Under the pieces are notes generated by a model. That model saw only the letters and a program-made list of their open reading frames with translations. It did not search any database and was not told where the DNA came from. The position numbers and the translations under genes were made by a program. Positions 37,501-46,734 of a stretch of 61,947 nt of DNA are shown in pieces; position 1 is the stretch's first letter, and each line of letters begins with the position of its first letter. The stretch lies in the IMG/VR virus record IMGVR_UViG_3300033153_001808, positions 1-61,947 of that record, one strand, 5' to 3'. Source of the DNA: a virus. Taxonomy: Duplodnaviria > Caudoviricetes.

Positions 37501-40500
37501 TCCCGCATCTTGGGTGTGTTATGTACTAGAGTACAAGGCCCGGCAACTCTATAATGCAGTCCGTCTTTGGTTGAACCACCAAAAGTAATCACATCGTAGT
37601 CTTGTTCCATATACTTATTAAAGAATCCATCCAACTTACCCCAAATAACATCAAGATCACAGAAACCCCAATAATCATAATCTTTGAGATACCCATCATA
37701 AATATGTCCATATAAAGGTTTATAATCACACAACTTATACGACACACCTATACGCACTTTATGGTCTATTGTACGACTAGCAAGTTGTTCAAATGATAAT
37801 TTAGTCTGGTCTATAAAACTAACATTCTCTGGATACTCATGTGGAGCCTGTTGATCACTAAATATCAACCAATCAAACTCTGGATTCTCAGCACAAGAAC
37901 ATAAGAACATATAAAACCAATCAGGAAAGGGTCCAAGCCAAGTAACCACAAATGCTGCTTTTTGTTGATTGTTTAAATCATCAACTAATTCGTCCAACAA
38001 TTCCCCGCCATTTCCGTTGCCATGCCACACCAAGGTCTGCTTGTTTACTTCATCTTTGGTTGTATTACCCAGTGTTTGAAACATCTCACAATCTACATCT
38101 CTGATAATCTTATGACCATTAGCCATAAAATATTTAGTCAACAACCACTGATCGTTTCTACCATATAAGCCACCCTCTGTACCTAGTAAAGCCTCTGGTA
38201 GTTTGGTATACTTATCTACCATCGTATTTAGTGCATTATAAATAACACCAGCCGGACCCATATAAGTGCCGGAATTTACATACCTAAACTTCTCCTCTCC
38301 AGGTGGGTAGTTCTCAGCTAGACTCCTATCTGGATACAGATTCTTTTCAGCACCTACAACAATATACGACTCTGGTACTGCTTTCGTGTACACAGACGTG
38401 TTTTTATCTGCTTGTCTGTGATAAGCCTGTATTAACTCAGTCTCATTTCCTAGTAAGTAACTATCAAAACCATCCAAGAATAGTACCAACTGCTTCTTAG
38501 GCAGAGTTGAAACATAATCCCTCATGTGGATGAACTTGGTTATAAAATCTCCCCACTCTACTCCAGCACCCAAGACCTCAAGCTCCATACCTTGTGCTGT
38601 GACAGACTCAACCAACCTATCAAGCCCGGAGTTTGTATGATTAGCGAATGTAACAACCTTTAATAACTTAGCTCCACTATCAGACTCTCTACTAAACGTA
38701 GCCTGTGAAGCAAAATCAAACAAAGGCAAGTCAAACATACGCCTAAAGCAGACCTTATTATTATGAGAAACCGTCAACACTTCACCCTTTTGATACTTAT
38801 TCTGTAGTTCTTCTAATCCAACACTACCAGGCTCAACACTCAACTCTAACCTCTCACCAGAATATTCAACCACACAGTCAAGCCTCTTAGCCCCACGATT
38901 ATCTATACCTATAACCATAGCACCAACATAATTAGCACCTATTGAATAAGTCACATCTACCATAGTATCTACTTCCCGTGCAGACTCAGAACCACCAAAA
39001 GCTCTCCAACGGTCTATAGCTAACCAATCTTTAGGTCTAGTAGTATTAACCTCCACTGCGTCGTATTTTCTAAATGCCTCTAGTAATGTATACTCTAACT
39101 GAGTAGCAACTAATCTACCAACATAATACTCCTCTGGAGTTTTGTACTCACTAAAAACCTCAAGACCTTTTTTGACTGAAAAAGAGAAAACTCCACTCTC
39201 CATTTCTTCATAAGGTACATGATGATTATTTGGTTTGATATAACATAAATCATTTCCAACCACCGGAGCTATGAGTGTATTCAACCACACATCATTATCT
39301 ATGTCCACGTCATATTCTATATAATGAACATAGTCCTTTGATTTCATTATATCTGTATTCAATGCGTTACGTATATTAGTCCATATAGCATAATCATATA
39401 ACCAAGGAGCCTCTGTGTCTACTCTTAAACCCCCCGATTGAATCCATAATCTTGCATCTAGACTAATTTTATAGTAATCTTCTTTATACATAAGTGGATT
39501 ATGAGAATCAAACACATAATAATCCACATACTGCTGTAACCTACTAGGTATTGGTTTATGTGATACTAACATAACATCAAAGCCTAGAGACTTTGCCTTG
39601 ACTACACGTTCATGAAGTAAATCTTCTTGGGCATCAGATACACACCAAGCACCTATAACAACAATATGTTTCTCAGCTAAACTGACTGCCCAACTAGAGT
39701 CTGAATAATGTTTGAGTTTATACTCACCTAAGGTATTGTCAACCGCTGGCCTGACTCCATCTGCGCCGGGATTTACGTTTCTATGAAAATAGTCATGCCC
39801 ACACATAATACCCTTAGGTTTTAGTTTAGGCATCCACGCTAGTATGTCAGCACACACAGCATCATAATCATGTGCAGCGTCCACATAAACTAAGTCCAAC
39901 GAACTGTCTTCAAACCTCTGTGCAGCAGGAACTGATTGACTTCTGATCTTCTCTACGTTTCCAGCTCTATACTGCATCTGCTCAAACCTAGCTTGTGCCA
40001 TCAAGATATTAGTTATGTCTCCATAACAATCCTGCCATTCGTCAACTCCATAAACCTTCTTAGCTCTAGAGGCAAAGACTTCTGTACTAACTCCACCAAA
40101 ACAACCTAATTCTACCATTACGGTGTCTTTAGTAATATAATCATCCGCAAGTTCAAATAGTCCTGCTGTAGTATTCCACGGAACCATCTCTGTTTCAACA
40201 CCACGCCACTTTATTCTAGATTGAGTACGTAGTCTAGTTTCTTTTTCTGTAGTACTCTCGTCAAAATCCCCGAATTTTTTAATCACACTAAAAGACTTCT
40301 CGGCGGCAGATTCCCACGAGAACCTATCTCTCACTTCACACGAAGCGGCAAGAGCTTCTTGTATACGATTTATATCTATCGGATCACGGACTTGATTATA
40401 CAAACTTCGCATTATTTCTCTCAGATGATTGAAGTCTGGCTCTGCCCACATACCAGGAAACTGACTTCCTACCGGATAGGTCTCCTGTGGTGGTTTCATC

Positions 40501-41351
40501 TCTTTAATACGCACTTTATGCACACCCAACAAATCTCCGGCGTATTCTAGTTGTCCACCAAAATCCGAACATATACTTGGTAATCCACACGCTACTGCTT
40601 CTATAAGGGGTAGATTCCAACCCTCGGCACGAGAACAACTCACAAACACATCACTATATTTTAGATAATCTGCATAAGTATTACGTGGAGGGAAATGTAA
40701 AATTTCCAACTTAGGACTCATCAAGCCATGATGTTCTAAGCGTTCTTCTGTAGTCTCAAACCCATCTATAGAGAAACTATTATCTACAGAAATAGCCATA
40801 CCTACATTGGTGTCGCGTTCAAACTCAACCAAAAAAGCCTGGATAATCTCCGTAGTGCTTTTCCTATATTCCCACCTACCAAAAAGCAGAAACCTAAAAT
40901 CATCTGTTCTGCCATTCATAGGTTGGAATAACTCTCCATCAACACCTTCTGGTATAACCTTGACCCGATCTTCTGGGTATCCTTGGTCTATACTACATTG
41001 TCTCTGCCACTCACTAGGAACCCATAATTGGTCATACTCTAACAACCTAGCAAAGAACTCATCTGGTTGACGTGTACTTTCCCATACATTGTAAGCTATT
41101 TTTGGGCTTGGTATATCCTCATAAAAAACCGGGTGACCAGTTACCTCCAAGACAATATGTAAAACATTTGAACCAATTATCCTATTAATCATTTCCTGTT
41201 GTTCATCAGACAACTCAGTCGTATCATCAACTGTTGTACTCACGATACCTACAGGAACAAACTTATTGAGAGCAGTAAAAAACTCTCGCGCATGGTTGGC
41301 ATATCCTGTATGCCCCATGAAACTTGTATGTCCTAACACTAAATCGTACAT
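34584..41351 (-). CDS. multidomain glycosyltransferase/methyltransferase polyprotein
   Basis: GT4-like (TGYA..CSRAEGWNLP); class I MTase (ELGCFGG, YVDAAHDY); PLOD-like GT-A (FLDGFD, GAEKN..P, VNSG); DUF6625-like (YKLCDYKP, WGFCDLD); GT-A-like (WIDGD); FkbM-like (DCGGNIG, KVDIEG); Aah/TibC-like heptosyltransferase (SKSLGDTIAW, CHGC..C..FEC). Confidence 0.85.
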   Translation of the reverse strand: MYDLVLGHTSFMGHTGYANHAREFFTALNKFVPVGIVSTTVDDTTELSDEQQEMINRIIGSNVLHIVLEVTGHPVFYEDIPSPKIAYNVWESTRQPDEFFARLLEYDQLWVPSEWQRQCSIDQGYPEDRVKVIPEGVDGELFQPMNGRTDDFRFLLFGRWEYRKSTTEIIQAFLVEFERDTNVGMAISVDNSFSIDGFETTEERLEHHGLMSPKLEILHFPPRNTYADYLKYSDVFVSCSRAEGWNLPLIEAVACGLPSICSDFGGQLEYAGDLLGVHKVRIKEMKPPQETYPVGSQFPGMWAEPDFNHLREIMRSLYNQVRDPIDINRIQEALAASCEVRDRFSWESAAEKSFSVIKKFGDFDESTTEKETRLRTQSRIKWRGVETEMVPWNTTAGLFELADDYITKDTVMVELGCFGGVSTEVFASRAKKVYGVDEWQDCYGDITNILMAQARFEQMQYRAGNVEKIRSQSVPAAQRFEDSSLDLVYVDAAHDYDAVCADILAWMPKLKPKGIMCGHDYFHRNVNPGADGVRPAVDNTLGEYKLKHYSDSSWAVSLAEKHIVVIGAWCVSDAQEDLLHERVVKAKSLGFDVMLVSHKPIPSRLQQYVDYYVFDSHNPLMYKEDYYKISLDARLWIQSGGLRVDTEAPWLYDYAIWTNIRNALNTDIMKSKDYVHYIEYDVDIDNDVWLNTLIAPVVGNDLCYIKPNNHHVPYEEMESGVFSFSVKKGLEVFSEYKTPEEYYVGRLVATQLEYTLLEAFRKYDAVEVNTTRPKDWLAIDRWRAFGGSESAREVDTMVDVTYSIGANYVGAMVIGIDNRGAKRLDCVVEYSGERLELSVEPGSVGLEELQNKYQKGEVLTVSHNNKVCFRRMFDLPLFDFASQATFSRESDSGAKLLKVVTFANHTNSGLDRLVESVTAQGMELEVLGAGVEWGDFITKFIHMRDYVSTLPKKQLVLFLDGFDSYLLGNETELIQAYHRQADKNTSVYTKAVPESYIVVGAEKNLYPDRSLAENYPPGEEKFRYVNSGTYMGPAGVIYNALNTMVDKYTKLPEALLGTEGGLYGRNDQWLLTKYFMANGHKIIRDVDCEMFQTLGNTTKDEVNKQTLVWHGNGNGGELLDELVDDLNNQQKAAFVVTWLGPFPDWFYMFLCSCAENPEFDWLIFSDQQAPHEYPENVSFIDQTKLSFEQLASRTIDHKVRIGVSYKLCDYKPLYGHIYDGYLKDYDYWGFCDLDVIWGKLDGFFNKYMEQDYDVITFGGSTKDGLHYRVAGPCTLVHNTPKMRELYASTPGFQSMLDETDKYTNFDESMWSDKLIEEDVKLEIILNGQNFQHEKTQDNATWLDGKLTLVDNTEIGFFHMLTKDYVCEDIVGGFTIAKSLKPVFVLGGDSNYMPLIETCVSSLLKFSTAQIVVYGFGCDIPFDLPRMQKRRIDFTSKATLPDGRAVDSYFCKLLCGLDAIENVEGSHYAWIDGDSFCTESIDRIWDSVGRLNNYPLFASHIYDHVVVQTNGIPAPGFEELKTKFGISERSMSPWVQACMFLFDKNCKQFMLDVLKWKDELTPEELVEKSGPLGDEIFMNLMLWKYEATEQLGVHIYDIYWPKYFDKFFTAEWQESYSEYMPVLAGGLSEHIHIPEKSGVWLMHCQHDPKVLKEMYERYLVPTEKVELERTKYYLPNSTEPVDISVDGIDTFSGVYHEIFVDKTYEHGRCKIEPGDVVVDCGGNIGVFARYAKEMGASEVYSFEPEPDNYSALEKNVESWKSELGISNKAGISELFIHSCEGGHSVKDNNINNTKTGESVQIELVTLDHMIGELGLDVINYLKVDIEGSELDLFAGLSDDNLAKVQKICIEYHNMLFDFKAELRTELLTRLTNAGFSAYTLYLGDNDHIQMLYLCRSDNVDVTVHFVDGPYCEVQGPNGGQYKVDFVDSDIGRSMYGTILGSGEWARPGRKYCSNWLVRVTDTKTDKTLVSHRFDPIGQRVLIWMDSKSLGDTIAWFPYLEAFAKEHKCSIVTATWWNELFESVYPNIDFTKVGDVAPNIYASFGVGVFDGDSDKNKHPWNSVPLQQVGTDMLGLEYKELKPKISMSEYQHKLPKDYVCLSEHSTMQAKYWNYVGGWQEVVDYITSQGLEVLTIGKEGTELKNVTPIHTSPITQVADVLAKAKMFLGVGSGLSWLSWAVNTPVVMVSGFSEPFCEFQSGNHRIINKDVCHGCFNDSSVTFARDNWAWCPKNKDFECSKNIKPETVIKAVGEILTNIV

Positions 41352-41415
41352 AGTGGTCCTCCTAGAACTTTGGTTAATAATTTAAACAACTCAATATCCT
41401 CACACTACATCACTA

Positions 41416-41568
41416 TTACTTAGGTTCATAACTAAACAACTTATCACACAAATCAAGCACGAAATCATCCCATTCAGACTCAGGATCGTCAATAGCTTTC
41501 TTTAACAGTTCACGTAATACAGTCTTGTACAGCACACATACCATGTTGTAAATTAATGTAATTTTCAT
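41416..41568 (-). CDS. small hypothetical protein (50 aa, AIDDPESEWDD)
   Basis: GAGGAGG RBS; read manually. Confidence 0.6.
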   Translation of the reverse strand: MKITLIYNMVCVLYKTVLRELLKKAIDDPESEWDDFVLDLCDKLFSYEPK

Positions 41569-41645
41569 TTCTCAACCCTCCTCTGTTTAAGTTTTAACCC
41601 ATGCACAGGACAGTAGGGCACACTCCGATACCCCATTCCCGGCTT

Positions 41646-41768
41646 TCATCCACACTCATAAATCCACTCATATTTCTCACGCTTTTTTTGTTGACGTCTG
41701 ATCCACCAATCACGTATGGCTATTAAGTCAAGGCTAAATGAGTACTCTAAAGGTCTACGGTTCCACAT
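41646..41768 (-). CDS. small hypothetical protein (40 aa)
   Basis: AAGGAG RBS; MWNRRPLEY...YECG; read manually. Confidence 0.4.
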   Translation of the reverse strand: MWNRRPLEYSFSLDLIAIRDWWIRRQQKKREKYEWIYECG

Positions 41769-42126
41769 CGAAAGACTCCTTAACCACACGAAGTAGTTCA
41801 GTCGTAGCTACTGGCTTGGCTATTACCGCCGAGAATCCGTTCTGCAACCCATAATCCGGTTTAAACATCTCGAAATTTCCACTCACACAAATCACCTGAG
41901 TTTTAGGCTCAAGGGTTATTAACTGTTTGCATATTTCGTTTCCTGGTAGTGAATGTAATCCCAAATTAAGATCCATAATCACAACCCTTGGCTGATGTTC
42001 AAAAAACAAGTCAAACGCATTTATGTCATCTCTTGCTGTTAAAACCTCATATCCAGCTTTTTCAAGTATTGCTTTATACAGTTCCCGCAAATTCTCCTGA
42101 TCTTCAACTACTAATACTTGTTCCAT
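41755..42126 (-). CDS. stand-alone CheY-like response regulator receiver
   Basis: VLVVED, IMDLNL (phosphoacceptor), VSG, AKP; start coupled to upstream TAA. Confidence 0.85.
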   Translation of the reverse strand: MEQVLVVEDQENLRELYKAILEKAGYEVLTARDDINAFDLFFEHQPRVVIMDLNLGLHSLPGNEICKQLITLEPKTQVICVSGNFEMFKPDYGLQNGFSAVIAKPVATTELLRVVKESFDVEP

Positions 42127-42341
42127 TACTCTACACTCCTGGCAAGCCAGACTAAAATAGCCACGCACACTCCACCGATTGCCCCCCATGCTCCAGACTT
42201 GACTTTCAGACTAACTATGTCCTTCCCAATCTTTATCACTTCTTTATTTAGATTATCGTAGCAGTCATTCAGCCTTTCCAATTCTTTTAAGACAAACTTA
42301 GACCAACTCTCCCAATCATCATTATTACCTGTCATAATCAC
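42126..42341 (-). CDS. small coiled-coil + C-terminal TM protein (holin-like)
   Basis: ELERLN..IVSLKVKSGAWGAIGGVCVAILVWL. Confidence 0.55.
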   Translation of the reverse strand: MIMTGNNDDWESWSKFVLKELERLNDCYDNLNKEVIKIGKDIVSLKVKSGAWGAIGGVCVAILVWLARSVE

Positions 42342-42754
42342 ACCCCTTTAGGGGCTTGGGGCCAGCCCGTAGTTTGAGGGATTGTAATAGCAAGAAGCCA
42401 ACAGTCACCTTCTGGAATTAATACTTCATGCTCAACACCCGGATCTATTTCTAAACAGTCACCCACATTGAGGATATGGACCTGCTCGGCAACGGTTACT
42501 TCCATTATACCTTTGTAGACAAGAAACATCTCTGTCTCATCATGAGCATGGAGAGGTGACATAGACCCCGCAGACATGAAGACTTTGGCACAACTTATGG
42601 CAGGCTCGTTTAGTAGACCGAAACTCAGTGATGTACCTTTAATCATAGTATTCTGACGAATACTTGGAGAATACGTTTCCTTAGAAGAAAACGATAATTT
42701 CTCAGTTAAGTTCCTTAATTCCGGCATAAACGAGTTTGCCATAGCACACTCCAT
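42338..42754 (-). CDS. cupin-domain protein
   Basis: SPLHAHDETEMFLVYKG..GDCLEIDPGVEH. Confidence 0.8.
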   Translation of the reverse strand: MECAMANSFMPELRNLTEKLSFSSKETYSPSIRQNTMIKGTSLSFGLLNEPAISCAKVFMSAGSMSPLHAHDETEMFLVYKGIMEVTVAEQVHILNVGDCLEIDPGVEHEVLIPEGDCWLLAITIPQTTGWPQAPKGV

Positions 42755-43251
42755 TAGTCTTCCCATCCTTGACGTAGAATAACATCCCGGACTTCTTTAC
42801 AGAGTTTTTTAAAGGTTGCTTTGGAGTCTGTAAGATCGGTCCAGTTTGCGTCTATGTAGTCACCTATCTGCTGCTCCGTCTTGTTGTAGAAGACAGAATC
42901 CTTCATGTCATTTTCTGCTGTGACACGTTTGATTGACCATGAAGCTGTGAACGGGACTTTGTCTATAACACCAGAGGGATTAGTATGCCCGTCTGCTATC
43001 CATTGAGTGAACTTTTCAAGGTCCGTGTCACCTACGCTATCTTGATAGATGGCTCCTGGGTATTCTCTTTTTCTGATAAGCAATAAGTAATCATTTAATT
43101 TGTCATCAAGGTAATTCTGTAAATTTTGACCTTCAAGAACAGGTGTATTGCTGTGCCACAAATAAACCTCTGGAGTATCGTCAGTAAGAGTAAAGAACAC
43201 CACTTGTCTCTCATTGTCTATATTTCTTATCCCGTTTGCTTGTATATTCAT
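42754..43251 (-). CDS. hypothetical protein (possible fibre chaperone)
   Basis: AAGGAG RBS before MNIQAN; follows a tail protein. Confidence 0.55.
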   Translation of the reverse strand: MNIQANGIRNIDNERQVVFFTLTDDTPEVYLWHSNTPVLEGQNLQNYLDDKLNDYLLLIRKREYPGAIYQDSVGDTDLEKFTQWIADGHTNPSGVIDKVPFTASWSIKRVTAENDMKDSVFYNKTEQQIGDYIDANWTDLTDSKATFKKLCKEVRDVILRQGWED

Positions 43252-43262
43252 TTTATTCTCCT

Positions 43263-44711
43263 TTATGAGGCCACTTGGACAGCCATCCAATAGAACTGGA
43301 TTATATCAAAAGTTTCACTGCCAGTTGCTCTAATTTTGTACGCGATATCGCCAGCCGAGTTACAGGAAACTGATCCTTGATTTGCTGCACGAGCATCATT
43401 CACTAATCCAGCAGAGGATATATAGCCTGCTGCAATCATAGTAGTTGCTGGAGATAGTTCAAGCCTGCTCTCATATGCATGACCAGCAGATCCAGAATCA
43501 TTAATTTGACCGTAAAATGCAACAGACACGGCTCCTTTCGGAATTTTTCCCTCAGTGGTAGCCTCAAGATTGATTACTGTTGCAGTAATATCACTATATC
43601 CAGAAGCATTGGCTATAGTTAAATCTGAAATGTTAGTCTCACACCACACAATCTCACCAGGAGGCTGAACATAATTACCTTCTCCTATTGAAGATCCAAA
43701 CACTAACATTGGTTGGGATATATAGGCGGTATCCGTGGTGTCAGCAACAATAGCCACGCTGAACTCGGTTGTGGTTGCTGATATGGTTGCCGTGACCTCA
43801 AGCCATGTCCATGTCCCGTTTGCACCATACGAGCTTGCATCAGAACTCTGGTCATAGTCTGTGGTATCACTATCAATAATTTGCAGGAATATACTACTTG
43901 CTGCCCCTGCTTTGACCCATGCCCCGAATGTAACTGTCCGACCTGCGTATTTCTGGTAGTGATTAGCCTGAGTCCTAACCACAGACAAAGGCCAGATAAG
44001 GAAATCATCAGCAGCACCAGGGGTCATTTTTAAAGCATAAAAGCTACCATCCTTTGTCACCGTCCCGCCATCATTATGTTGTCTCCATATATCCAAGGTA
44101 GTATCTTTATGCCACCCATCAGGTCCAGTTGCAGCAGCACTTACAATGCCTGGGGTGACTTCATGGAGTTGGACTTTATCTATTGCCCATTCTGCGGCTC
44201 CGCCCACAGCAATAAAACGAACAAAACCTCCAGCACCAGCACCAGCAGATTCAAAAACAACAGAATATGTTGTATCTGTTGCAGTCAAATTTATATCATA
44301 AGCAGTTCCAGAACCATCCCCATCTTTAATAAAAACCCGCAATGTTCCACCAGTTCTGGTGAAACTTGCCGTAAATTCGTAAAGTTTACCAGCCACAGTC
44401 GTAAATGTATTAGTGTCGCAACCTTCTCCATCAGCACTGACATCAAGGTGCATATACCCACCACCATCACTAATCTCACCAGCATCAGCGTCTTTGTTTG
44501 ACCACCCAACAGGTAAATCAGGATCACCGCCTTGCCAGCTTCCCATATTACCATTATCAATTAGATCAGTGGCATCCTCAACCGTACTATCTCCAACAGC
44601 ATCCCCCGCAGTAGTATACAAATCCTCACTATTACTCCACACTCCGAATCCTGAATTAGTGAGCAAATTAACTTGATTCTCCGCTTGTCCAAACAAAAAA
44701 GGCCCGGCCAT
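43263..44711 (-). CDS. virion protein with carbohydrate-binding (jelly-roll)-like domains
   Basis: NLLTNSGFGVW; LIDNGNM..W; GRTVTFGAWVK..W.WLEVT. Confidence 0.6.
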   Translation of the reverse strand: MAGPFLFGQAENQVNLLTNSGFGVWSNSEDLYTTAGDAVGDSTVEDATDLIDNGNMGSWQGGDPDLPVGWSNKDADAGEISDGGGYMHLDVSADGEGCDTNTFTTVAGKLYEFTASFTRTGGTLRVFIKDGDGSGTAYDINLTATDTTYSVVFESAGAGAGGFVRFIAVGGAAEWAIDKVQLHEVTPGIVSAAATGPDGWHKDTTLDIWRQHNDGGTVTKDGSFYALKMTPGAADDFLIWPLSVVRTQANHYQKYAGRTVTFGAWVKAGAASSIFLQIIDSDTTDYDQSSDASSYGANGTWTWLEVTATISATTTEFSVAIVADTTDTAYISQPMLVFGSSIGEGNYVQPPGEIVWCETNISDLTIANASGYSDITATVINLEATTEGKIPKGAVSVAFYGQINDSGSAGHAYESRLELSPATTMIAAGYISSAGLVNDARAANQGSVSCNSAGDIAYKIRATGSETFDIIQFYWMAVQVAS

Positions 44712-44725
44712 TTTTCAACCTCCTA

Positions 44726-45109
44726 TTATGTAGTAGTCCATGTTCCCACAGCACCAGGAGCAATAGCCCACGCTGATGTAGTCACACTAACTAAAGTTAT
44801 ACTTGCATAAGTCTCACTTGCATTGGTGTTTTGTATCTGCCCACCAGCACTGGAGTTAGCAATAGTCTCACCAGCAGCAGCATCAATAACCAAATTATCA
44901 TCAGTCAGTTTAACAAACGTATACTCAAGACCCAAATCACTAGCCCCAGTAATAGTAGGTAAGTTAAACTGCACACTGGCAGTCGAGCCACTGTTCGTAA
45001 AGACCTGCCCGGACATATCAGAAGTTAGTGTATACGGTGAACTACCCTCTGTCACCGCATTTACAGTCTTCTTGACATAACCTTTATGTAAAAATCCATA
45101 GGTATCCAC
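44726..45109 (-). CDS. virion structural protein, paralog B
   Basis: GGAGG RBS before GTG; IDAA...IANSSAGG..WTTT shared with 45121..45489. Confidence 0.65.
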   Translation of the reverse strand: MDTYGFLHKGYVKKTVNAVTEGSSPYTLTSDMSGQVFTNSGSTASVQFNLPTITGASDLGLEYTFVKLTDDNLVIDAAAGETIANSSAGGQIQNTNASETYASITLVSVTTSAWAIAPGAVGTWTTT

Positions 45110-45120
45110 TTCAACACCTC

Positions 45121-45489
45121 CTAAGTAGTAGTCCATGCTCCATGCGCACCTCTAACTGTCCAAGTCACAGTCGCATGAATATACTCCAAATTAACAACAG
45201 CATACAACTCTGCGGTATTATTATACAAAGTCCCTCCCGCACTACTGTTGGCTATTAAATCACTATCCGCTGCATCAATGATAACCTTGCCCGCTCCGAG
45301 TTTAGAGAATGAGATTCTGCTTCCGTCGTCAGCTGTGCCCACACTCGGCATGGTAAATGTCTTTGCAGATGCCGCGTTCATACGTAAGGTCTTACCAAAG
45401 TCTGCGGTAGTGACTGTATAATTATCTGTTTTTGTACTAACAACAGCTCTAGCTAATGTTTTGTCTTGTCCATTTACATAAATAGTCAT
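45121..45489 (-). CDS. virion structural protein, paralog A
   Basis: TKTDNYTVTTADFGK..TFTMP..IANSSAGG..WTTT. Confidence 0.7.
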   Translation of the reverse strand: MTIYVNGQDKTLARAVVSTKTDNYTVTTADFGKTLRMNAASAKTFTMPSVGTADDGSRISFSKLGAGKVIIDAADSDLIANSSAGGTLYNNTAELYAVVNLEYIHATVTWTVRGAHGAWTTT

Positions 45490-45501
45490 ATCAAACTCCT
45501 T

Positions 45502-46722
45502 CTAAGCTGCTGACACAAATCCATCATCTGAAATAGGATTCCACAAACAATGAAAATGGATCTGACCATCTTTATTACCTGCACCATCATCGCTGTAGAA
45601 CTGAATCGTGGTCGTGCCTGTATTGTCAGCTACGAGAATAGTTGACACTCTAGGCTCTTTGAAGTTAGTGTTCTCTATCACCACCGGAGCCGCCGAACTT
45701 CCTACAGTCAAAGCATCTCCAGCGGTTGCGGTTTTACCAATAAATGAGTTAATAGGTAGACTGTTACAAGCAGTAGCGGTCGTGAGGTCAGCGTTCGTTG
45801 GGCCATCTGTTCCGTGAACTCTAAATAAACAATTTCCCAACTCTCCATTAAGAGCAGACTCCACATGACCTCTTATTCCATGTATCTCAACAGTTCCAAC
45901 TAGGGTAAATAAATCAAATGCTTGAGTAGCATCAACAAATGTAACTGATTTTAAAACCTCATCATTATAACTAAAATTAGTCCATACATTAATATCATCC
46001 GCATCAATCCAACGTCCATCATTTGCACCACTTGAGCAATTTAATATAGTCCATTCTGATGAACCTGTGACTATGTGGTAACCAGCAGTTTGGTGTCCTG
46101 CCGATGTACATGTGTCTAAGACTCCAGTATCAACAGTACCACTTATTTTATATCCAGTGGTTGTAGTATTTCCAACAGTCTTACATCTATAAGCTCGTGT
46201 TTGTGCACCCTGTATGTCAAAAGAAATACCACCAGCAGCTTGATATGCCCCGGCACATTCATTTAAAATAGTTCCAGTTCCAGTGATTTGATAACCAGAA
46301 GTTCCACCTACTACTTTACCATTCTCTAGGTAACATTCAGCACCACTAACTAAGACTCCTACTGCCGCTGAGTCTGGAGTTACTTTAAACCTCCCTTTAA
46401 CAGCACACGAAGCACCAGAAATAGTTAATGCAGTACCAGAAACAGGATCAATTAAGACACCAATCTCACACCACATTTCCGTGCCATCAAGATTGAGGGT
46501 TAGTCCTGTCTCTGTATAAGTGCCGGCCTTGATATTAAGTGCATCACCGGCAGACATAGCACTAAGGCCTTCTTTTATTGTCTCAAAGGCTTCATGTGGG
46601 TCTTGACCACTATTACTATTCGACCCACCAACTTTGTCGACGTACCAGATCTCACCACCGAACTTTGGGATATGTCCGGCTGACTCAACCTCTTGGAGTT
46701 GTCCATTAATTGATATAGGCAT
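45502..46722 (-). CDS. beta-helix (pectate-lyase-like) virion protein
   Basis: WYVD..GSNSNSG...AFETI....GD...KAGTY. Confidence 0.7.
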   Translation of the reverse strand: MPISINGQLQEVESAGHIPKFGGEIWYVDKVGGSNSNSGQDPHEAFETIKEGLSAMSAGDALNIKAGTYTETGLTLNLDGTEMWCEIGVLIDPVSGTALTISGASCAVKGRFKVTPDSAAVGVLVSGAECYLENGKVVGGTSGYQITGTGTILNECAGAYQAAGGISFDIQGAQTRAYRCKTVGNTTTTGYKISGTVDTGVLDTCTSAGHQTAGYHIVTGSSEWTILNCSSGANDGRWIDADDINVWTNFSYNDEVLKSVTFVDATQAFDLFTLVGTVEIHGIRGHVESALNGELGNCLFRVHGTDGPTNADLTTATACNSLPINSFIGKTATAGDALTVGSSAAPVVIENTNFKEPRVSTILVADNTGTTTIQFYSDDGAGNKDGQIHFHCLWNPISDDGFVSAA

Positions 46723-46734
46723 ATCAGACTCCCC

